Below the pieces are notes generated by a model. It was not told the DNA's origin and did no database searches. It saw nothing but the letters and a program-made list of their open reading frames with translations. Below are positions 27,986 through 40,970 of a DNA stretch of 64,000 nt, one piece after another. Positions within the stretch are counted from its first letter, which is position 1. Every line of letters begins with the position of its first letter. Position numbers and translations under genes: made by a program. The stretch comes from Octopus vulgaris (Eukaryota): assembly GCA_951406725.2 (NCBI GenBank), contig OX597819.1:127968001-128032000 (forward strand), read 5' to 3'.

Positions 27986-28252
27986 ATATATATATATATA
28001 TATTTGATATAGGGCAATCAGTGATACTTAATTCTACGCAAATCTTGCGTGTGCCGCCGATGTACAAAGTTCTCAGTCTTATCGTTAAAGGCACGAAACT
28101 GAGTATTAGTGTTTTCGGTCGATAACTGATGAAGAATTAAAGTCCTTCTGTGTCTGTCCTACGTGTATGTTTTGTAGTATTTAATGCATTTTTCATTTAT
28201 ATATATATATATATGTGTGTGTATTTGTGTGTGTATTATATATATGTGTGTG

Positions 28253-28286
<34 letters not shown>

Positions 28287-29189
28287 GTGTTTAAAGATAG
28301 ATATACATGCATACATACATACATACATAAATACATACATACATATACATATGTGCGTCTGCGTGAGTGCGTGTAGGAATGTAATACATATAGAGAAATA
28401 GGAAGACAGGTACTGACACATAAGAGCAGAAAGTAACTGGGGGGGAGGGGGCAGATGGTGATCACGGCAATATTTCTTCCTTGTTGAGGAGTCACTAATG
28501 ATGACATTAGATTCTCAAGACCATATCATAGTGACATGTGGCAAACAGGCCATCAGATGGCACTGCGATATACCGTAGCAATGACAAAATCAACAACACC
28601 GACTACGTTGAGAACAACAACAAAAATAACAGCAAGCACACCAAGAAGCAAACAAACAACAAAACAAAAGTGCCGAGTATATATGATATGTATTATGCCC
28701 AGCAATATTTCGTAGCAGAGGCAAGTCATATTTTGAGATATGGGTGAGCAGCTTACGAGGTTAACGCCAAGAATAAATGAAGTTGAACTGATGAGGAGCA
28801 ATACTACGAACCACATGGAAAAACTTAACATCTCATGAAACGGTTAACCACATACATAAACGTTCAAGACTATACATGTGGTGAGGTTGTGTATGTGTGT
28901 GTGAGAGAGAGAGAGAGAGACAGAGAGAGAGAGTTGGGGGGGGAGAATGTAAAATAGAATCCAAAGCCGTATGCGATTTTGCGTTATGATTTGGATTGGA
29001 GGTTAGGCTGTCAGAACGGTTGTGTGTTAGGGTCCAGTTTAAGATGGACGAGTCGATAAGCGAATTTCGTGAAATGAATGGTATCGTTATAATACCATCG
29101 TTAGTTTTATAATGTTAACTATATATATTACACACCGCAAACACTCTCTCCTCCTTCCGGCCAACACGAACCAAAATTAATGATCTATA

Positions 29190-29222
29190 CACTACTAATA
29201 TTACTACTATTACTACTACTAT

Positions 29223-29300
<78 letters not shown>

Positions 29301-29347
29301 ATCTACTACTACTACTACTACTACTAATACTACTACTACTACTACTG

Positions 29348-29388
<41 letters not shown>

Positions 29389-29413
29389 GTTGCTGCTGCT
29401 GCTGCATCTGCAT

Positions 29414-29466
<53 letters not shown>

Positions 29467-29557
29467 GCTGCTACTGCTGCTGCTGCAGCTGCATCTACTA
29501 CTACTACTACTACTACTACCACTACTATTACTACTACTACTGCTGCTGCTGCTGCAT

Positions 29558-29599
<42 letters not shown>

Positions 29600-29625
29600 T
29601 TACTGCTGCTGCTCCTGCTGCTGCT
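29190..29625. repeat. Compound (CTA)n/(CTG)n trinucleotide repeat
   Basis: Blocks of (CTA)n(CTG)nCAT repeated about four times. Confidence 0.95.
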
Positions 29626-29696
29626 AGTTGTAATGATAATAATATTTTCTACTAAAGGCACTTATTTTATCGCTCCCAACAGAATAAAGGGCAAAC

Positions 29697-29960
29697 TTGA
29701 TTTATGTTGGTTGTTCAACAGAACAATTAAACAAAAGATTTAATGGGTACAGATATGACGTCAGGCGCAATAACAGTAGTTCGATAGGAATTTCCGAACA
29801 TTTTGCTTCAAAGGACTGCAGTTTTGAGAAAGACGTGAGAGTGCATATTCTCAGAAAATATTCTGAATCTGCTTCACTTTCACTTCTCAAAATGCACGAG
29901 GAGAAATATGTATGCGAGTCATTAACTTCAAACCCTGGAGGAATGAATAAAATGACAGGA
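29697..29960 (+). pseudogene. Penelope-like element GIY-YIG endonuclease fragment
   Basis: IYVGCSTEQLNKRFNGYRYDV..SIGISEHF..CSF..VHIL..LKMHEEKYVCESLTSNPGGMN fits the PLE pattern YVG-T-L-R..HF..E..L-T-P-GMN. N-terminal GIY half and RT are missing. Confidence 0.82.
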
Positions 29961-31589
29961 GAATATCATCAAATTTATACATTCTTGATAGCACAGAAGA
30001 AAGTGATGTTTCTACTGTTCACACCGAATACAAAGCAAAGTGAGTGTCTTATGGCACTTTTCGATTATAAATTTTCATAGTTCTTGTACTTAAGGCGAAA
30101 AGAAAAACGATGTTTCTGCCTGTTTAGCACGCATACAGGCAAACCTTTCACACCGTTTGGGGATTAAAGATTTTTCATCCTTGACTATAAGATTTCACTT
30201 GAAGGAGAATTGGCTGTTATATCAAGAAACTCCCCTATTGACTCTTCCATTTTCATCCTTTGCCTGATGCTACGCAATTTAATTGACCAAAATACGTAGC
30301 TTTGCCAGTAGCAGTTTGATATTTTGTGTTAAGATAGTTTCATATCGATCAAATGACTTTTTACTTCAAACACGAAAAATTTGTAAACTATCATAGATAA
30401 CGAAATATTTCTTTCAGCCTCGGACGGCAGCCTTAAAAGGCTCCCAGATGGAAATCTAGTGTGAGCTTTCGTTATGAACTATACTAATACGTATAGGTAA
30501 AGATTGAACGCCTCGAAGTATACTGCTTTCTATGTGGATTTGAGATTTTGCATTGCATCTGTTTCTCTTCCTTTGTCTCTGTGAGTGCGTGTGTGTGCAT
30601 GTGAGCGTGTGTGTCTGTGTGTGAGTGTGTGTGTGCGTACAAAGACTCGGATTTATGGGATTCATAGTAACTCTAATAAGTTTTTCCAAATATCCATCTT
30701 ATTAACATTTCAGTTTTACAGGCTACAGATAACAACAAGGATTTCGGTTCATGCTGAAGGAAATGTTGATATATGAAAATGTCTGGAATGAGGTCTAAAA
30801 TCTAGCTTGTTTCTAACACACACAGGCACACGCACACATACACATACACACGCACACAACACACGTACACACACACGTACACACACACAACACACGTGTG
30901 TGTGTATGCACGTATATATATTTATGCACACGTATATAAACATTCAAATTTATGTTTGCTGTCAGACGTTGACAGCAAACACGAATATAACAAATATACG
31001 CTATATTTGAAAGAAATTCTTTATTGTAAGGCGAATCTTCTATGGCCCCTGCATAGGAGATAATATATGTCAGAAGATCTTAACTAATTTCCATATTTAC
31101 TGATTACTTTCAATTTTAATAGTTTACCAATCGCTTCTCAAATCGTTGGTGAGACAAAGTAATGCAGATTAAAACAAAAATGCGACTAGATAGACTGAGA
31201 AATAACTAAACAATGATTTTAATGGAACCGGTAACCGAGTGTAGTATGGCTTTATAAGAACGGAGGAAGTTGAGGAAGATATTGTTGAAAGGAAATTAGC
31301 TAAATTAATAAGAAATTAATGGCGTCCTTCTGAAGTAGAAGAAGAAAGACTCTAGAGAGTTTGGTAGTATCGTTTTCAGTTTCTTTACAACGGACGTTTT
31401 TGTCAAAAGATCGTCAGTAAATACCCTTATTCTAAACCACTTCGTCACTGCTTCTTCATTCGTTGTGTCTTTTGAATCTCTTATAGTTATTCTTGCGCCA
31501 ACAGATAGTGATTCAGAATTTGCATCAACATAGATTTTTTTTTTAATACTGTGAGCTCGTCATTAACCATGAATGCGTCAAAAAGTATA

Positions 31590-31822
31590 TTTTTCTTTAC
31601 TACCCACAAGAGGCTAAACATAGTAGCGACAAACAAGGACAGACAAACGGATTAAGTCGATTGTATCGACCCCAGTGCGTAACTGCAACTTAATTTATCG
31701 ACCCCGAAAGGATGAAAGGCAAAGTCGACCTCGACGGAATTTGAACTCAGAACGTAACGGCAGACGAAATACCGCTAAGCATTTCGCCCGGCGTGCTAAC
31801 GTTTCTGCCAGCTCGCCGCCTT
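31590..31822 (-). mobile_element. SINE family A, full length, 18-bp TSD
   Basis: TSD aatgcgtcaaaaagtata at 31572-31589 and 31823-31840. Confidence 0.92.
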
Positions 31823-32314
31823 AATGCGTCAAAAAGTATAATGCTCTTCATAGACTTTCGTTTGTGAAAAACAAATAGTTACGGGAATGCACGCACAAAG
31901 CTAAGCACAAACTCGTCCTTGACTTTTATAAGTTCTAGATTATGGCTCACTGATTAGGTCACATATTTCTTCATTGAATGGTAATAATACGTTGAAAGCT
32001 ACTATATAAACCACAAAGCTGAAAGGTACTTATTTATTGAAGTATAACAATATGAAATATGTCACTGTGAGCAATGTGGCATAAATATTATGAAAATAAG
32101 AATACATGATATATGCTACTTCAACCTGACATAATCTTTAAGACTGTATGTGATTTGAAACCAAAAACGGTCACATATCATGATACTGAAATATGCGGTG
32201 ACAATTACCCTCGCAATTCATATTTCAGCCGCTCTTTCTGATATCCAGCGTAACAGCACATTTAATGAGTTCCCGCTATATATATACATGGATTCACACA
32301 CGTGTATATCTTTC

Positions 32315-32500
32315 ATCATTTACTCGATTCACTCACTGCTCTGGGGGCCATGCTGGGACACCGCCTTCAGAGGTTTAGTCGAACTAAAAGATAGCTGTAG
32401 ATAACCTGATGCTTATTCTGTCGGTCTCTTTTGGCAAACCACGAAGTTACAAGGACGAAAACAAAGCAACACCAGTTGACAAGCAGTTGTGGGGGATAAA
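32315..32500 (-). mobile_element. SINE family B, old diverged 3' half
   Basis: ggccatgctgggacaccgcc..ttattctgtcggtctcttttgg..ccagttgacaagc. Confidence 0.65.
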
Positions 32501-32544
32501 CATTAAATAAATACAAAGTAACACATACAATCATACACATAAGC

Positions 32545-32600
<56 letters not shown>

Positions 32601-32747
32601 ATGTGTGTGTGTGTGTGTATATATATATATTCATGTTTTTTCACGGCTACCGAATAATTGTCACATATTACATTTACAGATAAATTCCTCTATTTATATA
32701 ATATCGAGGTCTCTTTCATTCTTTTGTTGTCTTGCCATTTCTATCAA

Positions 32748-32819
<72 letters not shown>

Positions 32820-32919
32820 TGTGTGTGTGTGTATACATATATATATATGCATATATATATATACATATATATACATATATATATACATATATATATACAT
32901 GTATTATATATATATATAC

Positions 32920-33021
<102 letters not shown>

Positions 33022-33091
33022 ATATATAGATAGATAGATTGATACATACATACATATACGTATATATACACATATATATATGTTTACACAT

Positions 33092-33126
<35 letters not shown>

Positions 33127-33715
33127 CATATATATATACATATATATATATGTATGTATGTATGTGTGTATATGTATATAATAGTGCAATAAATTGCTAC
33201 AATACATAAATAAATAATAATCGTCTATTTAAGAAGCCATTCGTTTTGCATGAAGCCGATGCCGAAACACATGCGATTTTATAAAGTAACTTGTAATCCC
33301 TATTTAATTATCACTATTATCCCTGTTCACAAGTGTGACCTTTTGCTTGTAGCCGTTATAATAAAACGAACATCTCATGAAGTATATTGTTGTGTCAGGT
33401 GTATTTGTCCCATTGCGCCACATCATTACGTCGCTGGTAGTAAGACATTACCATGCTAGTGGTATTCACATGTTAACAACATGTGTGATAAGAAAAACAA
33501 ACGAGAGAAAGTGGAAACGAAATCATGAGAAAGAAAAAACAACACAAAAACGAAACAACATAAGAATTCCAAAACAGTTTTATTGTGGTTTATAGTTTTT
33601 TAAAGTTGTTCTGTGAGTGTAACATTTTGCTTTAGTATTTTTTTTGTTTGAAATACACACACACACTCGAATAATTGTTCTGTTTTGAGTATTTTACCTT
33701 CATGTTTGTTAAGTC

Positions 33716-33769
<54 letters not shown>

Positions 33770-33774
33770 TTTAT

Positions 33775-34066
33775 TAATAATTATTATTTGAGGGAATAAA
33801 ATACAAACTTACAAGGAAAAAATTCAGTTGAGAAATACTAAATCAAATTTCACACAATATAATATATATATAAAAAATTAGAAAAAGACCACCTTTTATC
33901 AATTGAAAATGAACAATTAAATTACACCATCTAGAAAATTACATATAATAGAAACATTGAAATTAAAATAACAATATTGTTATTTTAATTTTAATGTTTC
34001 TATTATATGTAATTTTCTAGATGGTGTGATTTAATTGTTCATTTTGAATTGATAAAAGATGTTTTT

Positions 34067-34072
<6 letters not shown>
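33775..34072. repeat. (TA)n-embedded element forming a spacerless palindrome (centre 33975/33976)
   Basis: Arms ~33893-33975 and 33976-34058 are reverse complements with about 3 mismatches. Confidence 0.9.
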
Positions 34073-34136
<64 letters not shown>

Positions 34137-34140
<4 letters not shown>

Positions 34141-34246
34141 CGGAGCAATTAATTAAGGAGAAAATATTTGCTAATATATCATTGACTCTATCATTCTCTA
34201 GTATATACTAAGTAATATTTTCTCCTGAATTATTTGCTCCGTATTG
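34137..34246. repeat. Short inverted repeat next to (TA)n
   Basis: aatacggagcaa..aggagaaaatatt paired with aatattttctcct..ttgctccgtatt. Confidence 0.8.
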
Positions 34247-34989
34247 AAATTATTTTCACACAAGCGGCTTCCATGATTCAGCGCAAAACGAATGAGTTGC
34301 AGCGCAGACTGCAACGTGACCGGTTGGGGCTCTCCATCATGGTAACGCGTGCTGAAGAGGGTGAAGTTATAAATGCCAGTCCAGAAACTGGTTCACGTGG
34401 GTCCAAATAATTGAATGTATGATGAGAGATTGTCTTAACGCGTTTGCCTTCGGACGGTTGATTTCTGTATTTATTATCAGCGTATTTTGGTGATTTAAAC
34501 AAGCGTTTTGACTGATATTTCCAGGAGATAGACATACTTAGTATTTCCTTTGATTAATTTTAATCCTTTGAACTCAAATCGGGAAGCCAGAAAGAATGTC
34601 GCGAAGCATTTTGTCCGCTGCGGTATCCATTCTTCTAGGTCACCGCCTAATCACCTTGAAAAATATTGATATATCGGATCAATATCTGCATAGACAGAAG
34701 CTATGTTTTCTCTATATAGGTATATCTATCCGCCTATATATATATCTGACTATCTATGAAAACTGTCACCTTTGAATTTTCATTTCAAGGGAATTATATC
34801 TTTAATTCTTGTCCCATTAATGGAAAAATGCCTTGTAAAACATTGAATTCAAATGTTGGCACAAGGCCAGTAGTTCTGCTATAGACAGAAACTATATGGT
34901 TTTTACGTGCAACTTATATAAAGAATACTACACCTCTTTCCGCAGCACTAGGAATGCTCCCGTTCTGCTGCTAGTTACAATAGAAAACT

Positions 34990-35630
34990 ACAAAGATATG
35001 ACACTACAGCTCGTAGGTCATCGCTTCTTGTATTTCTTCAACTGTTATCGGCTTTTAGCTGAACTCCACATTCCGAGCCGTGAGCGACGGCAGGCCATCG
35101 AGGTAGCAGATAAAGTCCATGTCTATCTCTGATCCACCATCCGCCCGCATTTGTTTGGAATTAAGTAGCGCGTGCTCTTCCTGATCCTCCAAAAACCGAT
35201 TGTGATTTTGTTGCCACCTTAGGCCTCTGCCACTCAGGTTCATCGAACGGCCTTGTTCCCTCGCGGGTTCTTGGTCTGACAATGCAACCCGTAAGCTTAG
35301 CGCTTGAAGTATCAAACTTGCTGCCTGCACGCCAGTCGCAATGCTCTTTCTAAGCACCTTTTCTTGGTTACTAACTAGCTTGCCCTCTATTCTAACAATC
35401 TCTATCACTATTTCAATACTAAACCTCATCAATTCTGATAGCCCTTTTCAGGGCTAAACAACATCGATTGTTGACGATTTCCTCCTCTTGTTTCCGAAAC
35501 TGTGTTACAGCACATTCGTTTAAGTGCAGTTGAACTTCGTCCCAGTACTTCACATAGACAAAAGAACAGTCCTCTGGAGCTTTTTCATAACACTGCAGTA
35601 GATGTTGATTTAAATGAAAAGACCACACGA
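34990..35630 (-). pseudogene. Degenerate Tx1/L1-like ORF2 fragment (EN-to-RT linker)
   Basis: Frameshifted translation IVNNRCCLALKRAIRI, AKLTGCIVRPR..REG, ITIGFLEDQE..LLNSKQM, YLDGLPSLT..*KPITVEEIQEAM resembles the L1/Tx1 pre-RT region. Confidence 0.55.
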
Positions 35631-35712
35631 AGTGAGGAGAGTACTTACGTTATCTAAAATAACTTAGAGGTGTTCTACAACTGTTTCTGATGGTATTGGT
35701 ATTAGTGTTGTT

Positions 35713-35947
35713 AAAGGCGGTGAGCTGGCAGAAACGTTAGCACGCCGGGCGAAATGCGTAGCCGTATTTCGTCTGCCGTTACGTTCTGAGTTCAAATTCC
35801 GCCGAGGTCGACTTTGCCTTTCATCCTTTCGGGGTCGATAAACTAAGTACCAGTTAGGCACTGGGGTTGATGTAATCGACTTAATCCGTTTGTCTGTCCT
35901 TGCTTTGTCCCCTCTGTGTTTAGCCCCATGTGGGTAGTAAAGAAATA
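35713..35947 (+). mobile_element. SINE family A, full length, 15-bp TSD
   Basis: TSD ggtattagtgttgtt at 35698-35712 and 35948-35962. Confidence 0.92.
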
Positions 35948-36472
35948 GGTATTAGTGTTGTTGTTATGAATATAACCGATGACCATAAAAGCGAAATTCC
36001 ACGTAGTGTGAGATGGTTTTTGTAATCCGGTCTGAAGAACGCTAAGTCGCTAAGCAAAAGGTGTTTCTCTATTTATATCAGAAGAAATAAACCAGTTTAT
36101 TTCGGTTTAGTTAGATTAGGGAAGTCGGAATAATTGTAGAGGAAGGTTATAGGTGTCACATGTACAGGTTCATGATAGCGCGAGATTGTGACGCGATTTA
36201 GATTTTCCTGTGACAATTTCAAAATTCTTCCTCTTCAGGGAGAGAGATGCATTTTTAAACGGTCCGCTATGATGTTGACGGCATCATGTTGTCCACACAC
36301 ACACGCACGCACACACACAGATACACACACATATACACAAACGCACACACATACACGTATCTATACACAGAAACATATGTATATATGTTTATGTGTGTGT
36401 GTGTGTGTGTGTGGTGTTTGTGTATGTATGTGTGCGTGTGTTTGTGTGTACTTATGTATCTACGTATACCTT

Positions 36473-36849
36473 GCGTCCCCAAAGTCCATCCCCTCCTCAC
36501 CGTGGTGGGGATGCTGGCAACGGGTAGTGTCAGAGCTATACCGTCGGGAACTTCGGTTCTTGGTAGGGCCACCAAAGGCGGATTGGTCTGACACCGAGTG
36601 GAATTAGGGCCACAACCTGGCAGACGGGGCTCTGGTGAAAATCCTCGGAGTACCTGTTTCGGCAACCGGCGGCTCCTCGGTCGTTCTGTCCCTGCGTCTG
36701 CGGACAATCTGCGGCAAACAGGATGTCTCTACATGCGGGATTGTTGGGGACCGCTTGTGAAATCCACATATTCCCACGAAACTTCTTCCAAGGAAGAAGC
36801 CGACTCAACCCGCCCAGGGTGAATGTCGCCACAAGTACAAGTAAGTAAG
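36473..36849 (+). mobile_element. Short non-autonomous RTE-derived retroelement with 12-bp TSD
   Basis: GC-rich island with TSD tacgtatacctt (36461-36472, 36850-36861) and (AAGT)n tail. The 5' part CCGTGGTGGGG..GAGCTATACCG..GGTAGGGCCACCAAAGGCGGATTGGTC recalls RTE/BovB 5' UTRs. Confidence 0.7.
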
Positions 36850-38289
36850 TACGTATACCTTCAGAGAATTTTAGTTGGATGTTCGACAACTTACACTCTG
36901 CGACATTACAATTGCTGATACTGACGATTGTTTGTACTTAATTAAAATAGGGTTGGCTGAGGCAAGATTGAAGACCTTGGGAATTTCATGTTTCAGCTTA
37001 AATTATGCCAACAATAGTCAACGTTATATCAAATTTTCTACAACCAACAGACCGATAAAAATAGAAAGGCAGTTGATATTTATGTATTTTCTTTTTCTTC
37101 GTTTTCCTTCTTTTTTAGATATTTCTCATGATCCTAATAAGGCAATTAGTGTCTGCATAGGAATTTTAAAGTTTATATATGGTGGAAACTCGCGGTTTTC
37201 TCTTTTTATTCCATACCAAATTCTTCTGATTCTTCGTAGTTTTCTTAAAGATGTACAGTTCCAAAGATTCAATGAATTTCTGACGAAAGAATTCAGAAAG
37301 ATTCCAAACTGCAGCATTGGTACATTATTCCTCCTAATGACAAAGGTATTTCCTGAATGTCTCTGTAATTTCCAACGGAGTATTTTAAAAAAAAAAGGAG
37401 TTTGTGGTCCCTTTAATGCGACCTGACATACTCCAATAATGTTATTAATAATATACTAGTTTTTTAAAGAATGAAATATGTGTGTGCGCGTATGTGTGTG
37501 CGTGTGTGTACGTGTACGTGTGCGTGTGTGAGTATACACATATTTAGGCATATACACGTATACACACATACACAAATATATACATTGATACATTCACACA
37601 TACATGTGTATACAGGCATAGAAAGAGAGAGTTTTTTGCTATTTAGTTTTTGTTGGTGCTGTTGTTGTTGTTGTAGTAGTAGTAGTAGTAGTTGTTGTTG
37701 TTGTTGTTGTTGTTGGTGGTGGTGGTGATGGTGGTGGTAGTGGTGGTGGTGTAGTTCCCAAACATATTAAATTCCTATTATTACGATGGAAGTCTTTTTA
37801 CCTTCCAAAAGAAATAAACTTGAAGTTTGTCCCTTTGAAGAAAATTTCTTTGTATTCTTGTATTTTCCATAAGCTGACCACTTGTGTTCTGAATAATCCC
37901 ATTAAAATACTCGAGAGTAGATAAACCTGGCTCACATTGAGGGGCTGATGTCTCTTTGTTCAACACATCCAGGGTTGTTCTTGTCAGCTTATGAAGTCAG
38001 AGGATTTCTTAAATAATTATTTATTTATTGAACAAAATAATGGAATGCTCAATTTATTTTGTAATTATGTGATGTTCTAATATTCCACTTCATACGCCTT
38101 CCGAAACAAAATATCTTAAAGAAACAAAGAATATTGTATCTCCTTTCCTGAAGAGAAAGAATTTGAAATTTTCACAAGAAAACCTAAAATCACGCTACAA
38201 TCTCGTGCTATTATGAACCTGTATATATGACACTTATAATAGAGAAATATATATTTAAATGAAGAAATATATATGACACTTATAACCTT

Positions 38290-38471
38290 CGTTTCGTCTA
38301 TCGTTACGGTATTTCGTCTGTCGTTACGTTCTGAGTTCAAATTTCGCCGAGGTCGACTTTGCCTTTCATCCTTTCGGGGTTGATAAATTAAGTACCAGTT
38401 TCGCACTGGGGTCGTTGTAATCGACTTAATCCCTTTGTCTGTTCTTGTTTGTCTCCTCTATGTTTAGCCCC
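38290..38471 (+). mobile_element. SINE family A, truncated at both ends, 20-bp TSD
   Basis: TSD tatatgacacttataacctt at 38270-38289 and 38472-38491. Confidence 0.88.
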
Positions 38472-38901
38472 TATATGACACTTATAACCTTTGTTGATAT
38501 CGTTGATATTTAACTTCGCTCAGCCCGAATCTTGAGGACTTAGAATCTGAAGGCGTTTCGGCCAAACCGACCGGACATATTGTAAATTAGAAAGACTTCA
38601 TTGCTACAAAATAAAACAGAAAATGTTAGGGGTCAAACAAGAAAAGAAAAGCTAACGAAAGAAAATACAAAAAGGAAAGCAAGAGAGCAAATTATAGTAA
38701 AGAGAACAAAACAAAAAAAGAAGCGAGAAATAAAGAAATAGATGAATAAATAAATAAAAGAGAAAGCAAAAGTATAAACAAAAAACATCCAAAGATAAAG
38801 AGAAAAAAAACGGAAAGGAAAAGGGGGGGAGGAACAGGAAGAATCAACAAAGAAAATAAGACTAAAAATAAACATGGGAAACAATAAAGTAAATATATAT
38901 A

Positions 38902-38960
<59 letters not shown>

Positions 38961-39235
38961 TGTATAAAGTAAATAAATATATATATATATGTATAAATAG
39001 GCGAAGAAAAACGATCTTCAGAAGAAAACAAATGTAATAAAGAAAAAGCAAGCTTAGATTCCGACCATTTCAAAGATCAGACATCCTTGTCGACAAACAA
39101 CTGGTTTTCGTTTTTCTTCTTTTTTTCTTTCTTCCATAGGCATCATACGCTTGCTTATAAAATAAACAATGTGCAAGATACGAGGTCTTTAAGCATCGGT
39201 TCTCTTGAACCCTTTATATTTTCATAAGGACCTAC

Positions 39236-39309
<74 letters not shown>

Positions 39310-39380
39310 TGTATATACATTTATACATACATATAAATACATATATACATATACATACATACATACATATATATATACAC

Positions 39381-39412
<32 letters not shown>

Positions 39413-39674
39413 GCGCAAAGGCGTACATGTGTTTATGTTTATTACATATACATACAAACATACGTACATTCATACATAGTTTATTTTAGAAGAAAATATG
39501 TATGCGCTCATAAATATATACACACCAGGATTGAGACCTTTTAGCACCAACTGGAATGTATATCGACCGAAACATTGTTTTTACAATATAAACAAAAAGC
39601 CAGAGATAAGCCATAATGACATCAACAAAAATAACTTCAATAAAGAAAAAAAGAATCAAGCTAACGAGGAAGCC

Positions 39675-39885
39675 TCCACGTGGTCGCATGGCCGGCTAGA
39701 AAAAGCAACTGAGTCTCCATAAAATATAGCAATTCTCTTCACTATTTTTTGAAAAACGAAGGGCGACATATAAAATAATTGGGTACCAGTAGCAATACCA
39801 AAAACAATTGGATTTTCATGGCTACAATGCCTTTATTCAATAATTCTGCTTGATTAGAGCTGATCTGAGGTTAAACAACAACAGT
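39675..39885 (+). repeat. Old dispersed repeat with (AAC)n tail, related to ~43200-43330
   Basis: ..catggctacaatgccttt..ctgcttgattagagctgatctgaggttaaacaacaac; similar ending at 43270-43330. Confidence 0.4.
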
Positions 39886-40240
39886 TGTGTGTGTGTATGT
39901 ATACATATGTATACATTTTTTATTTTATTTTTGTAATTTTTTATTTGAATTAAATTATGGCTTGTACAGTAGGGTCCGGCGAACTTATTTTACACATACT
40001 TATTTGTTTAAAAAATTAAAATATAGTTTTTATAGTATTGAACTATGAGAAAGTGATATAAGGGCCTGATGATTGGGGTTAAATTTTAAGAATGGTTCCA
40101 GCAAAACACGGAGTGGTTTAGGAACCGGGAAATGTACCTCAAGAAACACGTGTAGCCAAGTTATGCAGTAGTAAGTATTTAAAATTCTTTTATATGGTCA
40201 GATGAAGGGCCTACTATCTCTAAATGAATATATACTAATG

Positions 40241-40298
<58 letters not shown>

Positions 40299-40323
40299 GT
40301 GAGAGAGAGAGTGAGAGAGAGAG

Positions 40324-40744
40324 AGATGGGCGCGGGCAACGAATATAAAAACATTTTCGCCTTACCTCTAGTAAGAACACCGGATAGATGGACAACCTAT
40401 TTCTATTTATAATTCTACGTTTACGTTGCTTTGTTTAGCTGGAAAAGAATACTTTTGCATTGCAATAATATTTGTAATTTTTCTATAAAATATTTTCACT
40501 GATCTTGGTTCTGTTTACGGCCAGGCGTTCAGCTGAGTATACTGCCATTGATGTAACGAATGTATTAAAATTTCATTTCCGGTGGATCTAGCTGATGAGG
40601 ACTAACCGAATTTACGATAAAGGCGTATTTAAGAAAATCCGAAATTCGAGTACTAGATTATCCACTCTAGGTTGTCCATCTATACAGTGTTCTTACTAGA
40701 CGTAAGACGAAACTTTTTTTTATATTCGTTGCCCGCACTCATCT
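40324..40744. mobile_element. Inverted-repeat element (arms 40324-40399 and 40668-40744) enclosing a hammerhead ribozyme (family H3)
   Basis: gcgggcaacgaatataaaaa..tctagtaagaacac..atagatggacaaccta and its reverse complement. TA microsatellites nearby on both sides. Confidence 0.75.
40582..40665 (+). ncRNA. Type I hammerhead ribozyme (predicted cleavage after GTA, 40652)
   Basis: Stem I gtgga-tctag / ctaga-(tta)-tccac; core CTGATGA 40592-40598; stem II GGA/TCC; GAAA 40641-40644; stem III A-U and U-G closing palindromic TCGA; GTA triplet. Confidence 0.72.
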
Positions 40745-40891
40745 TTGCCAGTATACATTCAGTGAAGCTTTATATAGCTTTATATAGTACAGTTGTCGAC
40801 TGCTATTTCCAGCAAACATTGGTGCCTTGTTAGTTCACTATTTTCTATCTAAATAATACTATTGTATTGCAATAATATTTATAATTTATAA

Positions 40892-40967
<76 letters not shown>

Positions 40968-40970
<3 letters not shown>

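Noticed and set aside
28020-28150. Hammerhead candidate (ggcacGAAACtgaGTA; ctgatga downstream)
   Set aside because: The core motifs are in the wrong order or missing for a consistent fold. Isolated CTGATGA hits at ~28788, ~40065 and ~46826 also lack a GAAA partner with stems.
31380-31535. Minus-strand peptide TNEEAVTKWF resembling a mariner HTH
   Set aside because: Single short motif with no other transposase features.
36875-37426. 183-aa ORF as a host gene
   Set aside because: No recognisable domain and the start codon is non-ATG; probably chance or the antisense of a decayed element.
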